Below, in pieces: positions 1 through 15,257 of a stretch of 64,000 bases of DNA. This DNA is from Tubulanus polymorphus (Eukaryota; Animalia; Nemertea): positions 3,434,175 to 3,498,174 of the forward strand of contig NC_134032.1 in assembly GCF_964204645.1 (NCBI RefSeq). Reading direction: 5' to 3'. The notes under the pieces are model-generated. The model worked only from the letters and a program-made list of their open reading frames with translations. It was not told where the DNA came from and made no database searches. A program made the translations under genes and the position numbers. The first letter of the stretch is position 1. Every line of letters begins with the position of its first letter.

Positions 1-124
1 TGTACAATTTACTACAGAACAAACGAGAAAATGAAGTTAATCAACGCCTTGAAAAATAAAACATATTGCGTAATGTTGTCGATAACGAATTATGTGATAC
101 AAATTCTATGTTAAAAATAATATT

Positions 125-3100
125 AACACGTTCCCAAATGTTTTGATACTTTCTCAGTTTGTATCAAAAATATTGCCAATTTCTGGTCCTTGAGTCCTGA
201 AAAATGATAAATTTACAGCGCAAAATCGTACAAACGTGTCAATTATACTTCTAAACACTTTATTTGCGGACCAGTTTATGAATTGAACGTGGGCCATAGA
301 GCGCTATATCCGCCTATGATCTCAACTTTCAATTTATTACGTAAGCTATTCGTGAACAAAATGCGGTCGGCGCACAATAGAAACTTCGCTCTATTTATTC
401 TTTCATTACCGCCGACAAAGAGGACCGATATTTCGCAAATTGGATTCGGGAGGTTTAAACCTCCCAAGGTCAAATCACTAAAATTGTGACCTTCGTGGAG
501 ATTATCTAAAAAGCCGATGGTAATCAAATTTAGCATAACTTTTTACCCAAACGTTCAATGGCATTCCTAAGTATTTGATGAAAGTTGAGAAATCATAAGA
601 TATTCATATAACCATGGACTCTAAAACCTAAATCGTATAAGAGTCTCTGATATAAAAAAAACTTCGCATAACGAAGAAGCAAAAATTCGAATCTGATTCA
701 TCTGTTTGGAATTGATTCTTATGAAATGGAAACAAATGCGTGAGCACCTACTCATTCATTCAATTTACTTTGCGGCTTTACAACGGCTATTTCACTGGTT
801 CTGCGTGATGAGATAATTCTGATTAAAGTTATTGTAATAATTTCTATATGTATATACGTAATGATACTCTTTCTGAATAAAGGATGCACGTTATTCGAAT
901 CCCCACCATTGTTCTCTACAATGTACGTTAATCAAACTCACGATAAAACCAGATCCAAAACCATGGACTCAAAAACAAAGAATCCGTGGTCAAACATACA
1001 ATTCTAATTTCCCCGTTAGTTCACTGATGCCGCCATCGAATGCAAGGATTCTAGCCAATCAGAGAGGCGCATGTACACATCCATTGGCATGTTAGTTATA
1101 GTACAACTTAGACAATAATCAAGGTTCGAGCCAATGAACTAGAATATGTTCTTTCAACTAACTAGAATATGTTCTTTCATCGAATACAAATAACTCAGTA
1201 GTAGTCAGTTAGTTGAGTTTGTTTGACTTGATTTGTATTTCATCAATCAATCTATTTCATTTTATTTTAAAGTACAAACTAAACGCTTGAATTGCTTATA
1301 ACACGACCAGGTATGAATTAGAATAGATCGGCTTAATATTTCGAATGCAAATTTGGCGTTTAAGCAATCGGAAATTCGAAGTGCTTGAGAAATTTTTCAA
1401 TACGCACATTACTTCGAATAGCGATAAGTTCATTGACACATGTGACCATTGTTTTGTTACTTTCGATAGCGAGTCGAATAAGCTATGGGACAGCTAACGA
1501 CAGCACAATCGCAATATCAACAGAAGTTCATTTTATCCTACATGATGAGGCTAAATTCAGTGAAATCGATCGTGTTCTGAAATATAAATTTTCCTGGATA
1601 CATGTTGTTCATTGTAGCTATTCTATGCGGTTTTACATTAACCTGCTATAACATATTGACCGTTTTCAAGAACCCAAAAATTTGCTGGGAATCTGTTTTT
1701 TTTTCAAAAACAACCCAAACCCGAAATTGTGTACAGTTAGTACGCAGCGTATATAATGTCGGATTAGAGAATATTGAAAAAACTTTAAAAAAAGTTGAGT
1801 GAAGGGAAATAAGCTCAGCAGTGACAAATTGTCATTTCTACCCTTCACGTGATTAATTGATGTCCAAATATGTTCTACCGTGAAAACTCTGCATTTAGCA
1901 TCAAACGAATTTTTGTATACGTATCTCAGGATGCATGCTCTTCAAAAAGGTAGCCTATTAGGAAAAAACTTACCCGGTAAAATCCTAATTTGTCCTAAAC
2001 GATATTCCAACTATTATTTTGTTAATTATTCAACTATCATCACTAACTGGGTAAGTTAGTTGAACTTACATAAAGATATATCATTAGGGACACTTCAATT
2101 TCACACCATTCAATATCATAAGGGAACAAAATTCTTTGAAACTTGGTTAATGGTAGTTCTTAAGACTAGGTTTTGTTTCCGGAATTTACTAAATGTACCA
2201 ATTCTAATAATTCACTCATTGAAGCTTCTATACATTAGAAGCGAAAGCTCGTGCGTCGAAATAAATAGTTAACCTTTAAAGTACTACTTGTCTTTTCATT
2301 TAAATTCAAAATATAAGTCTTTATTGATTCTTTTTTGTTGGAATATGCATAACTTTTTCTGGGCAAATTTCTATATTCTGTCAAGTCATGGACTCTAAAA
2401 CGATTTAGACATTAAAGCGTTTTAGAGTCCATGGTCAAGGTATTTTGGCTATAACGAATATAACTAACTCCCTGGGGCAACGATGTGGCTGATGAAATGA
2501 TCTCTCCCATTGTAATCCCACCATTTAATTACTCATTGTATAACAACTCTCACAATTAAGCCTCGGACTCTTAAACGAATTATGAGTGCATGCTTTAGTA
2601 TAGGCTCTGATATAGAGCATATTGTCTTGATTTAGAACATGTATGCATAAACTCTAGGCTGCAAAGAAATACGTTTTCAGCGGCTCTAATCGAGTTAAAT
2701 CTTTCGTGATAGATTAACACAGAGAGGCGGCACACAATCGCTGCTTATTGACATTAGGCACAAGCCACTGTTATGTTCATTAGTAAAACTAATATAGAAT
2801 GAATAAGTGAGGAGGGAAAATGTATAAATTAAATTTATAAATGAATTTATAAGAATTTAGCATGCATCGGAGTGCACTTAAATTGGATTATTACAAAATA
2901 ACTCACTTCAAAATTTATGATATTGTTTCATTGATATTTATTACTTTAAAGCAATTCACTTTAAGAACTTTGGTCAACAATAAGTCTGACCTGCAAATCA
3001 AATCATCGGGAGACCAAATACTGTTTCAAAAAATTATATTGCTAATACATTCCTAATCTTAACCTTTCGCCATAAACCTACTGGATTTAGGGCCTGGGGC

Positions 3101-6100
3101 ATTTTAGATGGTTGTAGGTAAAAATCCCCTAGGTAAAATCCTCACTTGGCGATTTTTCAAGAACATTTGAAAGCACGATATTTATTCAAACATATTCATC
3201 CACAATACAACTGCAATATATTTAACTGTGCATTGATCTCTTTTGTTGAAATAAATCTTTAAATAAATTCATAGAATAAATGAAATTAATGAACTTTTTA
3301 TTCATACTATCTTTTCATAATTTTATTCATACTATCTTTTAATTCGAACTAAATAACTCTTGTTAACTTGTGGTATAGTATGCTTATGATATGGATTCGA
3401 TTTACGTATCAATATTTTCATGTTGACGGGGGCCTGATGATGGCTAATAGCATTAGCCGAAACATTGCTCGTAGAAGATTTTTTGCTGAATTCATTGTGG
3501 GATTTGCCTCGTTATTCACCATACACGGATATTGTGTATTTACTTCTCATTTTCATGTTGGTTTTGAACAACTTAAATTTTGCGATTCTAATACCTTATT
3601 AACTTTAGATGACAGTAATACCTTCAATTTACATGTAAAATATGATCACTGCTGAAAGTGTAATAAGGAATATATATTTACTCCAGTGACAATATTTTGA
3701 TTCTAAGATTTAATTCAATCATCTAGTCCGAGTATGTATGGTAAAACTTCTGGCTAACCAAGAGCTAACCGAATACCGACAATAGAAGGTGGTCGCTTAA
3801 AAGTTAGTTAATTTACGCAACAGGAATCTATCTTGATTTCAAGGGCACTTCAATTAATCGTTTCAATAGTGACCACTGTAAATTAGCCAGTAGTTTAAAT
3901 GACCGAATTCAATCAACCGATTCGTATCCTAAGAATGAGAATTGTATCTAACCACAGTAGTTATTCCTCATCAAACGTTCGGTCATCATATTATACATCT
4001 ATACATCATTACTATCATCTTTAGTTAACAGAAGTGCAATTAAATCTAGAATCTATGAGTTGAGTTTTTTTAGACATAATAAATTGTAACAAATAAAATG
4101 TAATAATAACAAAACTTCTTTACAGAGTTCAAAATATAAACCAACAATCTCATCTCAAGCATGTACTAGCGATGACGCTATGGGATAAAACCAAGTCTCG
4201 ATTCATTGCCTAAAACGTGGGTACATTCATTCAAATCAGGACTAAAATACGCTTATATGAATATCTTGCATGATATCATTTTACATTACGGGTGTCTCAT
4301 AGGCCTGGTTTTATTTGTACATTGTCATCAATTGATTAAACATCCCAAGTAACTTCTTTATTTACTTATGGCTTAATCACTGGTATTCAATAGCTAGTCG
4401 GCTATAGAAAGACTAACCCGATAAAATTCCATTAACCGTTAGTCCAGAGTCGAACACTGTTCGCGCGTTAATTCGCAACGATTTTAAAGAAAGAAAATGA
4501 TTGCATGAAATCTACTTTTCGTATCAATCGGCGTCCAATCTCTTAAACATCCTACACAGTAGTGTAGTAGTTTGTGTCTATTTGCTTTTGCTGATGTCAT
4601 TTAACATAACAATGGAAATGTATTCGTTTATTTGGAAATTATATGAAGAAATGGAGTAATCATGTGACAAATCAAATTATTACTGCAAGGCAAAACATAG
4701 CGCACTTCAGATATATGATATGGTCTTAAAGACTTTTCATATATTAACAGTCCAGTTTAACGTCTATTGATATGAATAGTCCAGTTTTGATATGACTGTG
4801 CCAACAGTTGGAATAAAACCTATGAAATCTAGGGGCATTTATCTCATGAAATTTAGATTTGAGATAATTGTATTGTATTGTATGAGGATTAAACATTTCA
4901 ATGGCTGGTGATTATTTGTGATAAAGTAATCAGTGAGATGGACTGTTGATGTAGCCTTGATTGAGGCACTCGGGTCAGATAATATTTTTAGATAAAAAAG
5001 TGCATTTGTTAAAGCAGAACACATGATTTTAAACTAAATATAAGTAGCTAAACCGTTAATTTTCATTCCTAATTTTCATCACTCCCGATTATCAAAAATA
5101 ATTCAACAGTTTGATTAACGGATAGTTGCAGTTAACAACATTTCTATCTGATAGAGAAGGTATACAGGTATACAGAGGAACAAGAAAAGAACATCCAACT
5201 AGACACTGGAAAATCTTTATTCGGGTTTTTTACCGGGAGCCTTTACCTTGGGGTATATTTAACTAGGGGATTTTTACTGAAAGGGACCTTTACGGGGCGA
5301 GTTTTTACCCGATCACATCGATTATTGAATGACATGTTCGATAAAATCATGACAAAAACTGGTATCACTGGTTCAATTTGCTAATTTTCGCTATTCGGGT
5401 GGTTCTGTAGATTATTGGCTATACCGTTGGTAACTGACTAGCTATTTGTATCACTGATCGGACTGTGAAAATATAGCTTTGACAAAACCACAACGAGAAA
5501 TGAATCACATGCAATATTTTACTCGAAAACGAGCTTAACCATGGAATCAGTAACGTATTTTCACAGTCCATGGCTGAAATGACGCTGTTGAAAAAATCAA
5601 TGAGAAATACTGCCTCCGATTTTTATGACGAAAATATAGGAATAAATTCCGAACAGAATCAAATCAGGTTGTTCTTATTGGTATTGTGTATACATTTCAT
5701 TTATTAGATATTTCAAGTAATTCGTGTAATTAGGATCCAATAATGGGTTTTTCTTTCGGTTTTACGTAATTTACAACTTACCAAATATGGACTACATGGT
5801 TTGACATTAAAACCAGTGAGCATTATGGTATCAAGTTCAACCAAAATTGATAACGATCGGCCTTTCGTAGAATCTCCCTGAAGGTCACAATTTTAGTAAA
5901 TTGACCTTGGGAGGTTTAAACCTCCCGAATCCAATTAGCAAAATATCGGTCCTCTATGTCGGCGACAATAAAAGTACCATGCGCGTAACTTTCTATTGTG
6001 CGCCTGCCGCGTTTTGGGCACGAGTAGCTCACGTAATCTTAATTGAAAGTTGAGATCACAGGCAGATATTGAGGTCTATGGCCCACACATAACATCATAA

Positions 6101-6251
6101 ATTGGTCAGGAAATAAAGTGTTTTGTGGTATAGATGACACGTTTGTACGATTTTACACTGTAAATTTATCATTTTTTAGGACTTAAGGACCAAATATCGG
6201 CAATATTTTTGATACAAACTGAGAAAGTATCAAAACATTTGAGAACGCGTT
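125..6251. mobile_element. Non-autonomous long-TIR (fold-back) DNA transposon, 4-bp TSD TATT
   Basis: ~410-bp imperfect inverted repeats (125-~535 and ~5843-6251; AACACGTTCCCAAATG.../...CATTTGAGAACGCGTT), TATT at 121-124 and 6252-6255; the paralogous empty site at 53428-53431 has a single TATT; no transposase ORF seen inside. Confidence 0.85.
3434..3463 (+). ncRNA. Minimal hammerhead-like motif of Penelope pLTR type
   Basis: CTGATGA-T-GGCTAAT-AGC-ATTAGCC-GAAAC; downstream CATTGTGGGATT...ACGGATAT shared with the copy at 15258. Confidence 0.55.
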
Positions 6252-6844
6252 TATTGTATTTGTACAGATGGATCTCGCGAGAACCCTCGAAAAAATTACT
6301 AGATCTCGCAATAACATTTGAGAAACGAAAAGAGATCCCGTGTCGTTTCTCAAAGGTTCTCGCGAGGAACCTACGAGATCCTGGCTAGAAACTTCTGCAA
6401 ACGCGACGGGATCTCGTGAGAACCTTCGAGACACTTACGCGAACATGAATCGTCGGTGTTAACGTACGGTTTGACGGAAGATACGAAAACTCTATGGCAA
6501 CAACTGCAGGTGAACGGATAAAGCAAAGCGTTATAACTGCACATATTCCTGTTACCACAATCTGAAAACAGGCGACAGAACAATACAACTAGAATTGTTG
6601 TTTATTATGTGGATCTACCGACTGAAACAACTTAAGGAGCTTCAACAAAAGATATCCACGCAAAATTTCAAAAGTTTTGACCTCCCTCCCCCATGTCCAC
6701 AGATAAATGTCTACATTCCATTACCTCTACTCCTGTCCATCGAGTAAGAAAACGAAGAAAGACATCATCCAGTCATAAGAAATAATGACTCTTTTCCTTC
6801 ATTTATTTTATATTCGCCCGCCCAATGCGTTACTTGAAACTCAC

Positions 6845-9660
6845 CACATAACTGATATTCTGCGTTGAAGTTGACGGGACAATCCAGTGAAGGTTCCGCA
6901 CTCGACATTCGCTCACTGTTTTGATGGACTTTCCTATGGTTTATATCAAACATAATCTGGATGAATTGAAATTTGCAGATATTCCTTGAATCATGGATCG
7001 TCATCAATTTACCGAAATTGGCTGAATTTCGATGTAGCTACTATAAAGACATGTTGTCCGAAAAAACCATAATCATAGCTCGCCAACTATCGCATTTTTC
7101 CAAAAATTACTGAATGTCCGGAATTGTTAAGTTCAACGAAAATCCAATAGATGGCGATCATTCCCGAATAAATGATTTCTGTTTAATTAGGAACCAATCG
7201 GAATTTACAATCAATGGGTTCGAACCTAGGACCTCTCTTATCATCGATTCAGCATCTGAGACCATTTCGGAATAAACTCGGTTTCGAACCCGGGACAGCC
7301 TGATTATGATCGTCTGCTTATTAGCTCGGTTTAAAGCTGTTTTTTTCAATAGTTCGTGTAGTCAATATTTTTTAAACTTTGCGTGAGAGGACATCAGTTG
7401 GGTGGCCTAACTTTGCCACTTTTAGTGGAACAAACCTGATAGGTGTTTATAGAACCAGCACAGATTGAGGCAGCTGAACTGAAACATCAACCTTTAAAAT
7501 CCATTTTATGCTGTAATGAAGGATTACCAAAAAGTCTCTTTGAAGACAACCCAATTCTAAAGGAGAATTTTCGGTAACATTTCAATGAAATGATCGATGT
7601 TTTTAGTTAAGCTGCCTATCTGTGCTTGTCCTACTAAACAACTTTATCAGGTATGTACTACTGAAAAGACAGCTCAGCAGGAACCCGACGTGCTGGAGCA
7701 ATTTGATATTGACATTAGACACCAATTCTGCAAGCTCCATGCGGGTGACTCCATGATCAATTCTAAACTTGAGTGAAATGCTAAATACCTGGGGGCTATG
7801 TTACAAACGAGCACGTTCTTTTGCGGTGAACACGCCTTCAGACCGCAGCCCAACTTCATAGCAGTAGCATGTTCAAACTAAAACATTGAAACAAGAAAAT
7901 ATAATCATAGAAATCAAGCCATTTTTAGAATCGAATCCCTGACATGATTGACATAGCGCGTTACATCTTGAGTTTGTGGAAAACTTTAAAATAAAACTTT
8001 TAAAAATTGAAAAATAAGATAATTAGTTCTTGAATAAACGAATTTGTTTCGACCTGAATCGTATAGATTATATTATTGGATGATGACGTCATTAGGGTTG
8101 TACGGAGGGAGGTCTCATGTTTTATTTCTGGATGGTTGTGTATTACCTGGTATATAGTTCCTCGTTTCGGATATGACGGTATCGGGACAAGTGGACGCGT
8201 AGTTTTCAGCCATACGACTCAATACAGTATCCCAATACTGAAACACAATAACATCGGCAATAACGATTTTACGTGTAATGAGAAGAGAAAATTATCATTT
8301 AAGTGTCTGGCTCCCGGTTATTAAATGGTTCCTAACAAAATCGGGGGCTGTTCATAACGCGCGCGAAATGTGCGCATCTTTAAGCGTTACGTCCACATGA
8401 ACTGACTTCCATCGTCTGTCTTCCATATGCAATGGATTTGACACACAGCACAAAACCTGTTACTTAGAGTCAAAAACCGGCTCTACTTAGGACCTGCGAG
8501 TAACATCATTAGTTAACACTGACTACCCAACTATAACAAGCAGCACACGTGCAATTCGATCAGCTAATCAAGTTTCATTAGTTGTTCCTACGAGCAATTA
8601 TCTAATCTTTCAGATAATTGCTCGTAGGTTGTTCATAGTCACAGTATAATGGTGGTCGTGCATTTTCCAACAGTGCCCCTAAGTGGGACGAGTTTCCTAT
8701 CACAGCCGGGCAGTCACTTCCATCGATGGAGCAGTTAAAATGCTTTCTTTGTGTAGGCATTTTTAACATGTGAATCGCTCTGGTGAAGCTCTTTATAAAT
8801 CGCTTTGATAATTATCATTATTATATTTTTTGTCATTGTTACTACTAGCTTACCATACGGAACATGTATCTGTTCCGATCGCGGGTCATTTTCAGAGTTC
8901 TAAAACTGTTGACGATTTTTGTCAAAACGTCTCGTGAGGCGCCGTCCATTTCTGAAACAAAACCAGACAGGGGGGGATTCGATCCCGGGGGATGTTCATC
9001 GAAATTTAGACAGGACGAGAAAAGGAACAATTAAATGAAGTCAATTGGATATCCGAAATAAAAATCCATCTGAAATTCCAATCTTGCAAACATTACAATC
9101 TTCGTTATTATTTTGACGCTATTTCAGTTCATCACAACTGGAAACAGCATCTGGAAAACACTCTAAACATTTAAGCTATTATTACGTGTTCTGAAAATAA
9201 GGATTGACCCTCTGATTCATTTGATTCGTAGATTTGATTTGATTTGGTGTCCCTTACAAACCCACCACACCAGCTGCCGCGAGCGAAACAGTGGGTTTGA
9301 TTTTGAAATCGGAAATCTCGAAATACAGAAGTACATAGTTGTTTGATCGGCGGTCGAGTTTACAGAATTTTCTGTTTTTATCGATTTAGCGGTATTCTTA
9401 CCTGAGTAGGCGCCTCTTTTCCGACACATGGCGTGATCGGTAGCGAAACGTTCGAATCGCGCATCACAATTCGTACCCTAAAAACCAGTCACGTGGTCAA
9501 TTCATTAGAACGTAGTTTTGATGGATTCGAATAATCATCCAGGTATCACTATACGGATTGCGTTTCTTACCCGAATCGCTTCAATCAAATAACCAGCCGT
9601 CAGCGAGACTTTGGAGGTAAATGGAAACAAGAAAATTAACTTTAATAAATCATTTGACGC
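6845..9660 (-). pseudogene. Spliced CAP/SCP (CRISP/allergen V5-like) domain gene, probably decayed
   Basis: GT-AG exons 9571-9660, 9402-9477 (GTNCDARF...DHAMCRK), 8854-8951 (EMDGASRDVLTKIVNSFR...MFRM), 8147-8237 (YWDTVLSRMAENYASTCP), 7789-7877 (ATAMKLGCGLKAC...VLVCNIAP), 6845-6915 (EPSLDCP...QLC); phases match at every junction except 8147 to 7877, where the middle exon is disrupted (DVIIQ*YN near 8075). Confidence 0.65.
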
Positions 9661-11552
9661 CTGCGGAAAAATGTAGAATTTCCGGTATAAGCTAATGTGT
9701 GGAATTGCAAATTTGAAAACGAAGTTTTAAGAAATTTCGGGAATTATGAGATTTGGCGATTGGGTAGATGATACAGTCTTCGACTGGTCTAATAAAAAAA
9801 AAAAATTGTCAACTAGTGACTTCGATTCACTTTTGCCTCTAAGCTTGTCTGAAACTTCATTGCCTCCATGGTTGAAGAAAGAGCTCTTCTGATGTCTGCT
9901 TCATTATGACTTTGAGCATATCGTGTAGCCAGCCAGCCCGGTCCTGGGGCCCGGTCTGGCTGTCACTTGATATCCTAGACTTGAGTCTGGGTTGAAGTAG
10001 GCATTGTCATATAATTAACTTATTCATGTTATTCTGTATGAATTACCCGTGTGTCTTGTATTTTCATATTTTAAAATTTGTAAATGTATTGATTTTTGGA
10101 ATTTTATCCCGGAATTTCAATGTAATAAGGATCAATAAAGTATTGAATTTAATTGTCACCTTATACACACGCCATCAGTGGACGCGGAGCCGTATATGAC
10201 AACTATGCTATTATAAATTGGTAATCTCATGAAACCTGCATACGTCTAATATCGAACATATTTTCTAAAACATTTGAATATTGAAATTATATGTTTACAC
10301 GTTTTTATATAGACCGCTTGTAGCCGCCGATGAAATTCACGCCGGCCCAACTCAGATCGTATATAGCTTCGTCATTCCACTAGCATCCCCATGTCAGGGT
10401 CTGACTTTTAGATCAGACTTCCAAATCGTGTATACATCCGCCATTTAACCAAATAATCCGATTTACTTATCATTTCTATTTATCCCTGCCGCCCCTGATA
10501 TAATCATACATCCTTTACTATTACAATACGTCTTCTCATGATATTCAATACGATATAACATTTCGACGTTCAAATAGAGGTCATTATATAATCCCAGGGA
10601 GCCATTCTACATCTTTATCAATAATATTTTGCCAAATAGCTTATATGTGTACACATAAACCTGTGACGTTTTGCACATCGATTTACGGTTGTCGTTTGTA
10701 AAATGACGCTGAATGGTTATCATTGTTTAGGTTTCATAATGGTAACGTTTTATAAGGCGTCAAAAATGATATCATTTACTAAATTACAAAACGTTTATGT
10801 TTTCTTTTTTAGAAAACGCAGTTTCGAAAGCTCGCGCGAGAAAACCACATTATCTTCAAATTCTCGTGTGAGAAATCCAAAAAGTTTTGAATGCTCGGGT
10901 GAGAACAAAAACCAGCAAACGTAAACATTTTTTTTACATGCCATCCACCATAAATAACGGTTTTTACAGTGGAAAAACCGTTATTTATGAGAAAACCAAT
11001 CGTTGAGTTTGATTTCATTATAGCTACAACAGTCTGGATGCGTGGCGGCTCCGAAATTTGATAAGTTAGACTTGCTTTCGGTCTCCTAACTGATCTCCTC
11101 TCTCACCGAATACCGCGGGACTTCTGACTAATCATCCACGCCCTGTGCGTTGATGATTGCATTAATATTCGGTGTTTTAATTGATTAAAGATCCATATAA
11201 ACCATCTGTTAGAATCTCAGCCGAGTGAGACAACAATTATAACTACGTGATGATCATATTTTTAATAGTCATTAGGAACCGAATTCAATATCTCAGTATT
11301 GAATCATATCACCTGGAGGGATATTTAAGTGCGTCTTAGTTCGTCGTGATCTGGGTTATTAGGTACTTACAAAGGTTTACGGTTGTCAAATGGAAAACAT
11401 GAAAAGCTCAACTTGTAAAACTGATCCGAATGGTCAAAACTCAAAGTGAAACTGATACTCACGCGGTAAAGAGTTCAAGTATCCGAACAACCATAAGAGC
11501 GGTAACGTTGAAAACCTCATTTTCTAATGAGTAAAATAGTTTATTAAACACG

Positions 11553-11582
11553 AACGTTTTCGAGATCATATCCCCTCATCAG
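11553..11582 (-). ncRNA. Minimal hammerhead-like motif of Penelope pLTR type
   Basis: Minus strand CTGATGA-G-GGGAT-ATG-ATCTC-GAAAACGTT. Confidence 0.5.
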
Positions 11583-13418
11583 ATGAAATACAAGTGAATC
11601 AAATAGATAGAACTATATAGATTTGTATGCATAAGTAGAAATATTAGTAATAATAGAATAGAAATACCGTACTAGTAATAATAATAGAAAATCAGGGACA
11701 GTATTTTCTTGTCCGTCGTTTTTAACAAATAGTAAAATTTATCCTGCTGTGCAAATCTGATTCGATTGAATGACACGCGGCCAGCAAAGAGCAAAATCAA
11801 TTCTGATTTGACAGGATGAATTCGCTTTATTAGCAGCAGTTGATATAGATGTCATCAGCGATCACTTTTCTCGCAAGAATCATAACCTACACCGGGTACT
11901 TCCCCATATGAAATCTTAGCATTACAAAACAAAATTCGTCAAGTAACAGACTGAATGGGAGTCAAGGGTCGGGGATAATACCTCAGTGACGGATCCAGCC
12001 TACCGCTACTACCGCTTGAACGGTACTCAAGATTGAAGATAAGAAGTGTCCTTTTATTTTTGAAGTTCAGGTAGAATAGATTTTAAAATTACAAATGTGA
12101 ACAGTCGAAAATGGGTAAACTTCTTTTTTTATCAATGATTTGTCTTTAACATGTCAAAATGTCATATTTAGTGGATGCAGACAAGGATATGATGCCCCAA
12201 ATTGATTCAGATTGCCTCTCAGAGCCCCAAAATTTTCTATGACAAAGGTGCCCTTCCGCAGCTAAGCAGTAATCAAAAACCTTGGATAGGTCCACCCTGT
12301 CCCTATACAAATATATTCGACGATGAAAAGTGTTACCTCTGAATAGCAAACGATGGAAACGGTGACGCAAAACCATCGATGTTGAAAAGCTGAAATATTT
12401 GCGGTTCATTCATTTATTCATATTCTATTGCACAAAAAAAAATAATTTGCGTCGAGCAAAAAGTACAAATTCGCGAAAATTGCTTTCAACAAGATGGCAG
12501 TATAACAATCGATCTAAAAGTGTTTGTTCTTCCTGTAGAATTTACAAGTTGGCAGAGTTTTAAATGACTCGGTCCAATTTTAAGGTATAACGTGCGCTGC
12601 GCGCATGTCATTGAACAAGGGACAAATTAACAAATAATGGTATTGAATCCTTCAAAACAATTTCAACTTCCATAGCGCATGCGCGGACTCGATAGTGATG
12701 TCTCGGCAAGGTCTACACCTACAAATAGATACTTTGATTTAAACAAAATCTCGACCGACCAGTCACTATGTGACGTTGCTTCGGATTTATGATTTCGGAA
12801 TCTAAAAAAAGATAAGAAAAGTAGACTTTTCTTGTAACAAAATAAAAAATTGTCTGTCCTGCTTACAATATGATCTCAAAGCTCACCAGAGCGAGTTCTT
12901 AGAAAACTTCCAGTAAACAAGAAAATACTGAATCTCAGTAAAGTTTTTATAAAGAACATAAAGGAAGAACTAGAAATCAAAAGATTTTTTATGTAACATT
13001 GACGTATTTTTACGAGTGTTGACAGAGTCAGTTCCGTATATATCAGTTCGTTTTTTATAGTATAAGTTTATTACTTTAATGAAATTATATACATTACATA
13101 ATGATTTGCCACCGCGCACGAATGCACATTTTAGGAAAATTTACAAAAAGAACGAAACCAAAATGCACATGCCGGACATAAACAATAAAGTTACATTATT
13201 ATACCAAAAAGGGGGCAGGGTGAGTGTGCAAGTTGGCATTTTCAAAATTAGGAGAAGTCTTTGTAGTTAGACTGAATAAAGGAAGGCCGTAGGCTGAGAC
13301 TATTACTTTACAAATGGAGCAAATTTGAATGACATGGTTTCCAGATGAGGCTCTTTGACAGTGCAACTGGGCATATATGAGCTTTTTCTGATCTGAAAAA
13401 TCTGATCGCAAAAATATC

Positions 13419-13612
13419 AGTAATAGGGTAATAGTTGTTTCATACCAAAGGTCGAGAGGTCGAGAAATTTTCCAAATGTTAAAATAACAATAATTTCTAC
13501 TTGAATTAGTCGCGCACACTCCTAATTCAAGTAGAAATTATTGTTATTTTAACATTTGGAAAATTTATCAACCTCTCAACCTTTGATATGAAACAACTAT
13601 TACCCTATTACT
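13419..13612. repeat. Terminal palindromic hairpin of element A (194 bp)
   Basis: AGTAATAGGGTAATAG...arm...loop TCGCGCACACTC...arm...CTATTACCCTATTACT, few mismatches. Confidence 0.95.
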
Positions 13613-15257
13613 CTTAAAATATTCATATATATGAATAACATATAAATGAATAACTTCTAAAATCAATTTTAATAAAAAATTTGATATTAAAATGGAAGCA
13701 AATAAGTACTACTGCCCAACATGTAAGAGAAGTATAGATAAATCTCAAAAAGCAAGACACAATAAAACTAGAACACATTTAGAAAATAAATTGAAATTAG
13801 AATATAAAGATAATATATTAGAAACTAAATTAGAAGAATTAAAGAATGAAAAAGAAACATATAAATGTGATACATGTAATCAATCATTCAGTGATAAAAG
13901 ATATTATAAAGAACATTTGAAATCTCAAAGTCATATTAGAAATATGAATAATGATATTATAGGTGAAGATTATTTTGATAAGGATAATGATAAGAAACAA
14001 AGCGCAATTAAAAGAATAAAAAATAAATTAAACAATAAAAGACCATACATGGAAGATGTAAGAAATTATATTAATTCATTAGATAATAAAAAAGATATAG
14101 AAATAACCGAAGCATTCAAAAGTGATATTGGTCCAGCAGCTATTGAGTTTAAATTTCATAAAGGTAAAACAATAGAAGAAAATAAAAAAACATTTAGAAA
14201 ATATGAAAGAAATAATAAAAATAATTACAGACGTAGAATATCCTAAAATAAGTATTTCATCAAAAGTTAAATTTATAAAATCTGAAGATAAACCAATATA
14301 TAATATAAATTCTCATTCACAACATATTATTTCGAAACAACATATATATGATAAATTAAATAAATGTTATAATGAAATAAAAAGTAAAATAGAAGAGAAA
14401 TATTTTGAAGGATCAGGTTTGATATTTGATGAAATAATATTTATGACTTTACACGTCTATAACACAAAATATAATAAGGTAACTAAATCGAAACCAATTG
14501 ATGAAAATAATTTATCATATTATAAAGAACCAGATATTGAAGCATCGAGTTATATTAAACTACCATTTAAAACTAATGCTGTAATAAATGTACAAAATTT
14601 TGATGATAAATGTTTTTTATGGACAATTATAAGTTGCTTACATCCAACAGAAGATATTACTCATAGTTTTAGATTAACGCATTATAAACCATTTAAAAAT
14701 AATTATAAGATAGATAGTTATCCTGTTAAAATAAAGAATATCCCAAAAATAGAAAGAGATAATAATCTAAAATAAATGTATTTGATTTAATCAGGGAAGT
14801 GTGATGAGATGGAATACGGACGCTATTGTGCAGCTCTTGTCGAATGTGCGTTGTAATTGCCCTAAAGCCGATAACGGTTCGTCGGCGAGCGCTTTGTTAC
14901 GTAACGCGCCGATAAGCGATAACCAGCGAGATCGGGAATCTCCGTAATAATTCAGTTGTTTCCGAATATCGGTTTTTCATCCCATAATAAACTTATATAA
15001 AAATTCCTCTGTAAACTGGTTAAACTCAACACCTGATTTCCCCTCATCAATTTTAGTCAATCAACTTGTATTCACAATTGTCTTAAATTTAAGTGCCCCC
15101 TAGTTTGTCTCTTAACTGCTTCCCTTTAATCTGTTTTAGCGTGTAACTGTTTCTACGTTAATTTTCCTTTAGTTAGTATCATCTCTGATTACTTGAATTA
15201 GTCTCTTTGTCTCTGGATTGTATATATCTCTCATAATTTCTGTAGTATTCATTATTT

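Noticed and set aside
6183-6588. ORFs in the duplicated block (also 53348-53843)
   Set aside because: Frames differ between the two copies and derive from internal CTCGCGAG-type subrepeats; non-coding repeat.
7200-7300. tRNA genes (also ~8970 and ~60010)
   Set aside because: Only B-box-like GGTTCGA motifs without a cloverleaf; at most SINE remnants.
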